From contig CANQYT010000010.1 of the NCBI GenBank assembly GCA_947628135.1, positions 151 to 64,150 on the forward strand: 64,000 bases of DNA. The letters are read 5' to 3'. The stretch is from an uncultured Clostridia bacterium. GTDB taxonomy: Bacteria; Bacillota; Clostridia; Christensenellales; CAG-314. A program made the position numbers and the translations under genes. Under the pieces are notes generated by a model. The model was not told the DNA's origin and did not search any database. It saw nothing but the letters and a program-made list of their open reading frames with translations. This document shows positions 7,346-15,180 of the stretch, piece by piece (positions within the stretch are counted from its first letter, which is position 1; every line of letters begins with the position of its first letter).

Positions 7346-10297
7346 ATGACGATTGATGACGCAATCAAAACTTTGAAACAAGTTTTAAATAAGCCCAGAG
7401 ACGAAAAAAGCGAAGAATTTGAACAAGTTGAAACGTCCGTAAAAAATAGCATAAATTTATTAAACTGTGTCAAAAACGACGTGCTGAAAAATCCAAAGGG
7501 TGGAGATTTTGAATTGCCGAATGAGATTGGACAGTATATTACTGGAATCGATGGCAAGTCGACGTATCCAATTTACGAAATAAATTTTCCATGGGCTGCA
7601 GAATTAAACAGAAGAATAGTGTGCGGTCTAAATGGGGATGAGGTAAAGAGGAGAATTAAATGGGATACTATTTCAAAGTGGTTAACTTTCATAGGGATAG
7701 TAATTACAATAGTGATTCTCATCGTGCTTTGTCGTTTTGTCGGGGATACCATGGTGTCGATCTCAGGGACTCTTCTTTCCGTAATCACTTCTTTCGTTCC
7801 TCTTTTGTTGGATCAATCACGCAACAAGAAGTTTTATCGTACCTACGGCATTTCTATCAAGGACATTAAAAGACCTCCGATTACCGATGAAGAATACAAA
7901 AAATATATCAAAGACGCGAGAAATCTATATAAGTCGCAGAATGTGTCGGAGAGGCCCAAATTTTTTAGGGAAGATATACGAGAAGCAAAAAAAATATATA
8001 ACAAATTGCTCAAAACAAGGAAAAATGACCCCAACTGTTATGTTGGGTTGCTTGCAGTCTATTCTAAGGGCTTTTCAAAATATTCCGGTAAGTTGAGGGA
8101 AGACTATTATATTCATAAGATTAACAAGTGGAAAGGTGATGAGAAGCATTCGCATTTAGATAAGGAGTACAAAAATGATTATACAACATATACGAAAAAC
8201 ATAGTTAAACCCTATCAAGAAAACCAAAAGCAAACCAAGACGAAAAAAAACGAACAACATAGCGAGCGTGTTGCACACGCCATTTTGGTCTGGCAAAAAA
8301 TTGGAATATGTGCTGTTCTGCTACTTCCAATAATTCTCTCGAGCGTGGTTTTGGCTTTGGTATATTGCTTACCCGTAAAGACATTTGACGATTGGACGGG
8401 TTGGCTACTCACGATTATCTTTGCATTGGATTGCCTATCTGTGATAGCGGTAATTGTGCTTTTGATAGTACTTATGGTAGCAGATAATCCGGATTTCTCC
8501 GGTTTTGTGGTGGAACCTGGTGGTGTATGGGCAGCGATATGTGGAATATGCGGGGGAACATATATAATTGCTAGTATAGAAATACCGTATTGGGTGCTAA
8601 TTCTGATAGCGGTTGTTTGCCTTGCTATGTGTTTAGCTTGTCTTATTTGGGGTCTTGTAGACACAGACACATGCAAACGGCGTCTTCTTCTTGTTTGCAT
8701 TTGTATTTGTAGCGTTTTGGTTGGTTGTGCGCTTTACAGCGGTGGCCGGACTTTCTCGGAATTTGAGTCATATTATACTGAAAACCCGGACGGAACATAT
8801 ACATATCTTGTTTGGGATGAGAATGTGGAAAATTTGCAAATCCCATCCGAATATCAAGGAAAACCGGTTACTGCTATCAGTCGAGCCGACAATGTCGATT
8901 TATCCCACCTAAAATCTGTATTCATCCCCGAAAGCGTGACGTCGATTGAATTCGGGGCTTTCTCCGGTTGTAGCGCGCTTACAAATATTACGGTGCCGTA
9001 CGTGGGATATTATGATATATCTGGAGTTAAAGATTACGAAGGTGAAGCGGAGACTTTGCACCCCCTTGGGCATTTGTTCGGCACTTCGCCCTACAGTGGG
9101 GGCGTAGCGACAGAGCAATATTACTGGGGAAAGTATCTCAGTGGTGATGATGCGGGCAGAGCTGAAATTTTTTACAACACTTACTATATTCCGGAATCAC
9201 TGAAACATATAACCGTACTTGGTGGCGAAGTTTGCAACGGAGCGTTCTATGGCTGTACAAATCTTGAAAGCGTCACATTGGGTGACGGAGTGACGGCGAT
9301 TGGCGAATATGCGTTTCGAGATTGTACTTCTCTTGTGAGCGTCGCCATTGGCGAGGGTGTTACCGGTATTGGGGAAAACGCTTTTTTGAATTGTAGTGGG
9401 CTTACGAACATATATATCCCCGAAAGTGTGACGTCGATCGAGTCGGGGGCTTTCTCCGGTTGTAGCGCGCTTACAAATATTACGGTGCCGTATGTGGGAT
9501 ATTATAATATAGCCGAAGTTACAGATTACGACGGCGAAGCGGAGACTTTGCGCCCCATTGGGCATTTGTTTGGTGCCTCGCCTTACAGTGGGGGCGTAGC
9601 GATAGAGCAACGATATATTTGGGGAAAGTATCTCAGCGGGGACGAGTCGGGCGAAGAATCTGTATTTTCCAAAACTTACTATATTCCGGAATCACTGAAA
9701 CATATAACCGTACTTGGTGGCGAAGTTTGTAACGGAGCGTTCTATGGCTGTACAAATCTTGAAAGCGTCACATTGGGTGACGGTGTGACTGCGATTGGCG
9801 AATATGCGTTTCAAGATTGTACTTCTCTGGTGAGTGTCGCCATTGGCGAGAGTGTTACTACTATTGGGAAGGACGCTTTTCTAAACTGCAATGCCGTTCA
9901 AAAAAACAAAGGCATTTTGTATGTTGGCAATTGGGTTGTCGGGTGTGATAACACTGTGACAGAAGCAGAACTATCAAATGATGCCACGGGAATTGCAAAT
10001 TATGCTTTTGCAGATTTCGCATCCCTTACTTCCGTAATCTTGAACGAAAACCTAAAAATTATCGGAGAGGGCGCATTTCAAGGAACAGGAATAACCACAA
10101 TGGTAATTCCACAATCGGTTGCGGTCATTGACGCCAATGCTTTTAGTGGGTGTACACTTTCAGAAGTTGTTTTTGATAATGTTGACGAATGGTATGCGGA
10201 CAAAACTTATGTACCGTATTCCGACCTACTTGATGCCACAAAAGCCGCAAGTTGCTTAACTTCGACATACGTCGAATGTGTGTGGAAACGCGGCTAA
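7346..10297 (+). CDS. polytopic (about 7 TM) membrane protein with N-terminal helical cytoplasmic domain and C-terminal extracytoplasmic BspA-type LRR domain
   Basis: 983-aa ORF with an AAAGGA RBS. Hydrophobic helices lie at about aa 115-160 and 315-470. C-terminal half consists of repeated LRR_5 units (IPESVTSIE.GAFSGCSALTNITVP, VTAIGEYAF.DCTSLVSV). Confidence 0.85.
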   Translation: MTIDDAIKTLKQVLNKPRDEKSEEFEQVETSVKNSINLLNCVKNDVLKNPKGGDFELPNEIGQYITGIDGKSTYPIYEINFPWAAELNRRIVCGLNGDEVKRRIKWDTISKWLTFIGIVITIVILIVLCRFVGDTMVSISGTLLSVITSFVPLLLDQSRNKKFYRTYGISIKDIKRPPITDEEYKKYIKDARNLYKSQNVSERPKFFREDIREAKKIYNKLLKTRKNDPNCYVGLLAVYSKGFSKYSGKLREDYYIHKINKWKGDEKHSHLDKEYKNDYTTYTKNIVKPYQENQKQTKTKKNEQHSERVAHAILVWQKIGICAVLLLPIILSSVVLALVYCLPVKTFDDWTGWLLTIIFALDCLSVIAVIVLLIVLMVADNPDFSGFVVEPGGVWAAICGICGGTYIIASIEIPYWVLILIAVVCLAMCLACLIWGLVDTDTCKRRLLLVCICICSVLVGCALYSGGRTFSEFESYYTENPDGTYTYLVWDENVENLQIPSEYQGKPVTAISRADNVDLSHLKSVFIPESVTSIEFGAFSGCSALTNITVPYVGYYDISGVKDYEGEAETLHPLGHLFGTSPYSGGVATEQYYWGKYLSGDDAGRAEIFYNTYYIPESLKHITVLGGEVCNGAFYGCTNLESVTLGDGVTAIGEYAFRDCTSLVSVAIGEGVTGIGENAFLNCSGLTNIYIPESVTSIESGAFSGCSALTNITVPYVGYYNIAEVTDYDGEAETLRPIGHLFGASPYSGGVAIEQRYIWGKYLSGDESGEESVFSKTYYIPESLKHITVLGGEVCNGAFYGCTNLESVTLGDGVTAIGEYAFQDCTSLVSVAIGESVTTIGKDAFLNCNAVQKNKGILYVGNWVVGCDNTVTEAELSNDATGIANYAFADFASLTSVILNENLKIIGEGAFQGTGITTMVIPQSVAVIDANAFSGCTLSEVVFDNVDEWYADKTYVPYSDLLDATKAASCLTSTYVECVWKRG
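8924..9885 (+). repeat. tandem duplication of about 492 bp (about 164 aa) inside the LRR gene
   Basis: 8924-9415 and 9416-about 9885 align almost base for base. Both run from ATCCCCGAAAG.GTGACGTCGAT through GGTGACGG.GTGAC.GCGATTGGCGAATATGCGTTTC, with one codon indel. Confidence 0.85.
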
Positions 10298-10329
10298 TAA
10301 ATTGTTAATGATAAAAAAAGGAGACACAT

Positions 10330-11859
10330 ATGACATTTGCAGATGAATTTCGTGAGAAGTATAGATTGGCGCTTCGGGCGGCGAGAGCAAACGATTGTGA
10401 GGCGACGCTTGCGGGATTGAAAGATTTGTACGAACTTTTTGCTGCGCAGTACGCACTTAACAACGGCGACAGCATTGTGGTAAAGGCAAAACTTTCCTAT
10501 TGGCAGGATGTTTTCGGCGGCTATATCCAACTGATCCGTACCAATGGATTGCAGGATAGGCGTGTGCAAAAATTTTTCGGTTTGATCGACGATTCGGACG
10601 TTCCTTCGCTGGGAGATTTTTTGAGCGGTAAAGGTGCGAACGCATTGCCACCGCAAGCCACGGAAACAACTCCTCCTTGTGATGTGGATATTGCAGGTAT
10701 AGTAGATGAAGATTTGACCGAGCAACCGTCGAATCCGCCGCAAGCCAAGCAAAATGAGCCTATTTTGAATAGTGAAGGGCAATCGCCGATAGGTTTGACC
10801 CCGCCGTCTATTGAGCAACTTCCTCAACGGCCCGTTGCGGTAAAAGAAGATGTCGCGCCTGCGTTTGACCATCCGTCTGCGGAAAAAGTGGCGACTCCCG
10901 CCTATGCGCCCGACAGTTTGGAACACTTCATTGGACAGCAGCACATTGTCAAAGTGTTGCTTAAAGAAATTGCCATTGCCAAGGCAGAGGGCAAGCGTCA
11001 TCTTGACAACATTTTACTTTTGGGTAATCCCGGTCTGGGCAAAACCACATTGATGAGGTTGATTGCCGCTCAACTTGGGGTTCGGTTTGAGTGGATGGAT
11101 TGTTCTCAGTATCGCAACAGTCGGCAATCAATGAAGGCGCTCCAAAATTTTTTGGTGCGAATTGCACGAGAGAGTGAACCGGTAGTTATCGGTTTTGACG
11201 AGATTCACTGCCTTCCCGATGAGTTACAGGAAAGTCTGCTTACGCTGTTGGAAAGCAGAGTGTATGTGTCGCCCCCGGATATAAACGGCAATGTAAAACG
11301 GATACCGATTGAAGAGTTTACATTTATTGCCGCAACGACAGATGACGACAAAGTAAAAAATACAATCAAAGACCGCTGTCTGCGACTTAAATTTCAACTT
11401 GTAGACTACACAACAGATGAGTTGGCACAGATATACAGAACAAAGATTTTTGCAAAAGGTCTAACCATAACGGAAGAAGCAATACAAATTTGCATACCGC
11501 GCAGCCGCGGCTCGATACGTTATGTAAATTCTTTTGTAGACGGGATGGAGCGAGAGTTATACGATACCAACGGCAACAAACTTTCCACGCATATTGACCG
11601 CGAAACGGCGTTGAGATTTTTTGACGAACGCGGAATTGACGAGATGGGGTTGGAAAACAAGGACCGCGAAATACTAAATACCCTTTATGAGGCGGCAACG
11701 CCCATGGGCGCGGAAACTTTGTCGGCGCGCGTGGGACTTGACCCCAAAAAGTACCTTTCCGAGTACGAGCCGTATCTCATTCGTATTGGCTTTGTGGACG
11801 TTTCCGGCAGGGGTAGAAGTTTGACAGAAAAAGCAAAAGAATATTTGAAGGAAGAATAA
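10330..11859 (+). CDS. RuvB-like AAA+ ATPase with N-terminal MIT-like helical domain
   Basis: AAGGAGA RBS. RuvB-type core FIGQQHIVKVLLKEIAIAKAEGKRHLDNILLLGNPGLGKTTL, Walker B VIGFDEIH, IAATTDDDKVKNTIKDRC. RuvB domain-III-like winged helix GLENKDREILNTLYE...YEPYLIRIGFVDVSGRGRSLT. About 200-aa N-terminal extension made of a helical domain plus a linker with CDVDIAGIVDED. Confidence 0.88.
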   Translation: MTFADEFREKYRLALRAARANDCEATLAGLKDLYELFAAQYALNNGDSIVVKAKLSYWQDVFGGYIQLIRTNGLQDRRVQKFFGLIDDSDVPSLGDFLSGKGANALPPQATETTPPCDVDIAGIVDEDLTEQPSNPPQAKQNEPILNSEGQSPIGLTPPSIEQLPQRPVAVKEDVAPAFDHPSAEKVATPAYAPDSLEHFIGQQHIVKVLLKEIAIAKAEGKRHLDNILLLGNPGLGKTTLMRLIAAQLGVRFEWMDCSQYRNSRQSMKALQNFLVRIARESEPVVIGFDEIHCLPDELQESLLTLLESRVYVSPPDINGNVKRIPIEEFTFIAATTDDDKVKNTIKDRCLRLKFQLVDYTTDELAQIYRTKIFAKGLTITEEAIQICIPRSRGSIRYVNSFVDGMERELYDTNGNKLSTHIDRETALRFFDERGIDEMGLENKDREILNTLYEAATPMGAETLSARVGLDPKKYLSEYEPYLIRIGFVDVSGRGRSLTEKAKEYLKEE

Positions 11860-11861
11860 AA

Positions 11862-12647
11862 ATGAGATATACATTATCTGACGCTGTGGAATTGTTGGAA
11901 GAACTTGAAAAAAAGACTAAAAATCCACATCTCGCATCGGCAAAATCGGTGCTCAGTGATCTAAAACCCTTATTGGGAGAAAACAAGGATATGGAGTCCT
12001 TGTCAAAATTATTTGAAAAAGGAGCACAATACGCCACGCAAGCAACAAGCGACGAGACGGTTGCAGCGGATGCGGACTTTAACCTTTGGGCGGAAAACGT
12101 AGCAAAAGAGATCTTGGAATATAAGGGTGAGTGTTGTAAAAAAATACAAGACATACACAATACATATGAATCGGCGCAGTCTTTTCTCGGTAAAAGTTTG
12201 AGTAACCGAAAAAAGACCGCAATCGGTTTTTTCATAGCCTTTATGGTTCTTTCAGTGATTACCGCCGTGGTTGCAATATATGGTCTGTTTTACCACAAAG
12301 AACAGTGGGGCGAAAGCCTCGCGAGCGTACTTGGAATTATCGATTTCTCGGTTGGAATTTGCGGGGTTTTTATCGAGCGTATCAACGATATGAGAGAACA
12401 AAAAATCAGCCGTGCAATGGAAGAAATTATGCGCACTCCCACCACCCAACCGGATAAAGCCGAAGAGTATGCGAAGAATATTAAAGCGGTTATAAAAAAG
12501 TCGGTTGTCGGCAATGGCAATGAGATTTACCATATAGATAATAATGCCCAGATAAATATTATCGAAAACAGCATTGAAACAAATAATGAAACACAAAGGA
12601 ATGTACGGCAATGGGAAGAGGAGATGAAATGGTGGCTCGAAAGATAA
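11862..12647 (+). CDS. 2-TM membrane protein with N-terminal helical cytoplasmic domain (paralog of 3662-4378)
   Basis: GAAGGAAG RBS. Two TM helices (AIGFFIAFMVLSVITAVVAIYGLF and VLGIIDFSVGICGVFI). Shares the MRYTLSDAVE and WAENV positions with the 3662 ORF. Confidence 0.75.
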   Translation: MRYTLSDAVELLEELEKKTKNPHLASAKSVLSDLKPLLGENKDMESLSKLFEKGAQYATQATSDETVAADADFNLWAENVAKEILEYKGECCKKIQDIHNTYESAQSFLGKSLSNRKKTAIGFFIAFMVLSVITAVVAIYGLFYHKEQWGESLASVLGIIDFSVGICGVFIERINDMREQKISRAMEEIMRTPTTQPDKAEEYAKNIKAVIKKSVVGNGNEIYHIDNNAQINIIENSIETNNETQRNVRQWEEEMKWWLER

Positions 12648-14395
12648 TTAAATCTACCGTGGGCAATTATAATAGAGTATTCTTTCTACGAAATCTAAAA
12701 GGTGGCACAATAAACTTAAGTCAACTTCCAAACGAGTGGAAAGAATATGTGGACGAGAAGTTCCGTGCGCAAGGCGAACTACTCACGTCCCTACCGGAAG
12801 ATGTTCGGCAAATTGTATATTCGGCGGTAGTGTCCGGTATGGAAAACGTCGCCACGAAAATTGCCCACGAGCGATGCTTGCATGATAAAAACATTGATAG
12901 AGTTGAGGATATTGCAGTTTCATTAGATGAGATGAAACAGCACGAAGAAGAAATCTTTGACAACATCCTAAATATACTGAACAAAGGTCAGTTAGAAACA
13001 AACAAACGCATTGCCGCATTGCAAGAGTTAAATGAGCAGCTTCAATTCAATACTCGCAAGGCTATGGTTTATTACGAGGAGATTCTCGCAGAAATTCGTT
13101 TGGGCAAAGAGCGCATTGATGAGATTATTATTCTTGAAGAGGGAAATTCTATTGCAATAGGGGATATTAAAGAGGATATAAAGGATTTAAAAACAAACCT
13201 TGAAAACATAATATTTCGTTTCATACAACTTTCGGAAAAAAGACATGAAGAATATCAGTCAGCGCGCGCCTTGATAGATAAAGAATTTGGAAAAATCTCT
13301 TCTCTGGGATTGGATGGGCATACGATTTCGGAAATGCGAGGGTGGCTTCAAGGATTATCGAAAAAAAACAAATCTGATATTGAGAAGAGCATCAAACAAC
13401 AAGGAGATAATCTTTCTAAAGAATTATTGTTTATAAACGAAAATTTGAAAGACATCGCAAGTTCTCTCAATAGTTTGGGACGAGGACAAGAGTTAACGGA
13501 TGGCGAAATAAAACGGCTTTCCCAAAAAGCGGAAGAGATTCTTCAAAGAGAAGTAAAACTTTATGGTCTTGCATTGGACACAAATCAAACGACACATCAA
13601 ACATATGAAAAAACACAGGAAATTTTCGACTATTTAAAGGATATTCTCGTTCCGGTAGCAGACTTGGAAGAAATTTGGAGGAAGGTTTTGCAAAACACAA
13701 ATGGACCAGAAGAGGAAAAATATAAACAAAAATTAAATGAGAAAATTTGTAAACTGCAACAAAGTGCAAAAGCAATGGAACTTCAATTGCAAATCGCAGC
13801 GCAAGAGGGTGGGGCTGTCGAGGAGGCGTGTCCCTATTGTGGTTATGTTGAATTGCGCGGAATCGTTGGAGATAAGTGTCAATGTGATTGCTGTGGCAAA
13901 ACTTTCAATCGAAAAGATGTAAACCTAAAAGAGGTAGACGAATGGCGCCAAAGACACACTGCAAAATTGGAAAATGTTTACTGTATTAAAGAGGAGGACT
14001 CTTCTAAAACTCATTACTTTTGCAGAATGAAGCTGGACCAAAATACAGTCAGCCACAAGGGTGTTTTGATAATCCCATCAATTCCTCCAGAAACAACCGT
14101 CCCGGAAACAACTGCACCAAAAGTGTGGTTTGGTGATAAACTCACGCTTTCTGATGGCAAAGTCAAAATTGCTTTTTGTAAACCCAACATCGATGATGAG
14201 GTTGGTTTGGAAAGAATGCGGCGAATCAAAACGTTGATATTGCCAAGCAATATATTTTTGACCAAGTTCAATGATGCATTTCCATTTTCAGAGGGGATAG
14301 ATGACTTGGAAATGGTATTGCGATTTGATGAAAAAGAGAAAAAGTGTACATTAGACAAAGAAACATTAAAGCAAATTAAAAAGGAGAGTGTATAA
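12611..14395 (+). CDS. long coiled-coil protein with internal CxxC...CxCxxC zinc-ribbon
   Basis: 594-aa ORF. An alternative start ATG at 12629 has a better GAGGAG RBS. Heptad-rich central region. CPYCGYVELRGIVGDKCQCDCCGKTF motif. Confidence 0.75.
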   Translation: MGRGDEMVARKIIKSTVGNYNRVFFLRNLKGGTINLSQLPNEWKEYVDEKFRAQGELLTSLPEDVRQIVYSAVVSGMENVATKIAHERCLHDKNIDRVEDIAVSLDEMKQHEEEIFDNILNILNKGQLETNKRIAALQELNEQLQFNTRKAMVYYEEILAEIRLGKERIDEIIILEEGNSIAIGDIKEDIKDLKTNLENIIFRFIQLSEKRHEEYQSARALIDKEFGKISSLGLDGHTISEMRGWLQGLSKKNKSDIEKSIKQQGDNLSKELLFINENLKDIASSLNSLGRGQELTDGEIKRLSQKAEEILQREVKLYGLALDTNQTTHQTYEKTQEIFDYLKDILVPVADLEEIWRKVLQNTNGPEEEKYKQKLNEKICKLQQSAKAMELQLQIAAQEGGAVEEACPYCGYVELRGIVGDKCQCDCCGKTFNRKDVNLKEVDEWRQRHTAKLENVYCIKEEDSSKTHYFCRMKLDQNTVSHKGVLIIPSIPPETTVPETTAPKVWFGDKLTLSDGKVKIAFCKPNIDDEVGLERMRRIKTLILPSNIFLTKFNDAFPFSEGIDDLEMVLRFDEKEKKCTLDKETLKQIKKESV

Positions 14396-15177
14396 TGAAC
14401 AACTCAATATTATCGCTACAAGCGGATATTTCGCCGAACATCACTTTGGTCGCCGCCATATTATTTGCGGTGATGTTTGTTGCAGCAACGGCGTTTGTGG
14501 CATATCTTGTGATAAAACTTAAAAAAACAGTAGAAAAACATAATGCGGTTGTAAAAAAATTAGAGGCACTGTTGATTGAAAAAGAAAGAACAGTAAAAGT
14601 TCTTAATACAAAATTAATAAAAGTGCGCAATGAACGCAACGGCTTACAACAAGAGGTTGTCAATCTTACTGCGGCTTTAACGGCATCTCAAGAACAAGCG
14701 GAGCAACAACAAGGTGAATTGCAAACGCTTAACGAGAAAATTATTGATATGCAAAACCGTTTAGAAGAAGCAAAGCAATATTCCGAGTCGTTACAAACAA
14801 CCACCGACAATCCTATCCGACAAACGGAAACAACCGAATCTGCAGGCGAGGGACAATTTGAAATTGATAAACATGACCAATTGCAGAATGAGGGGGCGTC
14901 GCCCGATGTTGTGCCTATCGACAATGAGGAAATGATAAACTTGAAAAAACAAGTAGAAAGCCTCTTGTCTGAAAACGAGCAATTGCGGCGAAGAGAAGAG
15001 GAGCGTAATAAGGGGTACACCATAGAAGATTATTTTCCTGCAATAGATGCCGCCTTTGAATATGCGGACTCTTGCAAATTCGATCAAAACAACCCGCGCG
15101 GAAGTTTTGCCACACAGCGTCAACAACTAAACGAAATTCGAAAGTGGCTTGACGCATATCGTTCACAAAGGAGATAG
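14395..15177 (+). CDS. N-terminally membrane-anchored coiled-coil protein
   Basis: TAATG overlap and an AAGGAGAG RBS. One TM segment (ITLVAAILFAVMFVAATAFVAYLVI) followed by a Q/E-rich coiled coil. Confidence 0.75.
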   Translation: MNNSILSLQADISPNITLVAAILFAVMFVAATAFVAYLVIKLKKTVEKHNAVVKKLEALLIEKERTVKVLNTKLIKVRNERNGLQQEVVNLTAALTASQEQAEQQQGELQTLNEKIIDMQNRLEEAKQYSESLQTTTDNPIRQTETTESAGEGQFEIDKHDQLQNEGASPDVVPIDNEEMINLKKQVESLLSENEQLRRREEERNKGYTIEDYFPAIDAAFEYADSCKFDQNNPRGSFATQRQQLNEIRKWLDAYRSQRR

Positions 15178-15180
15178 CGT

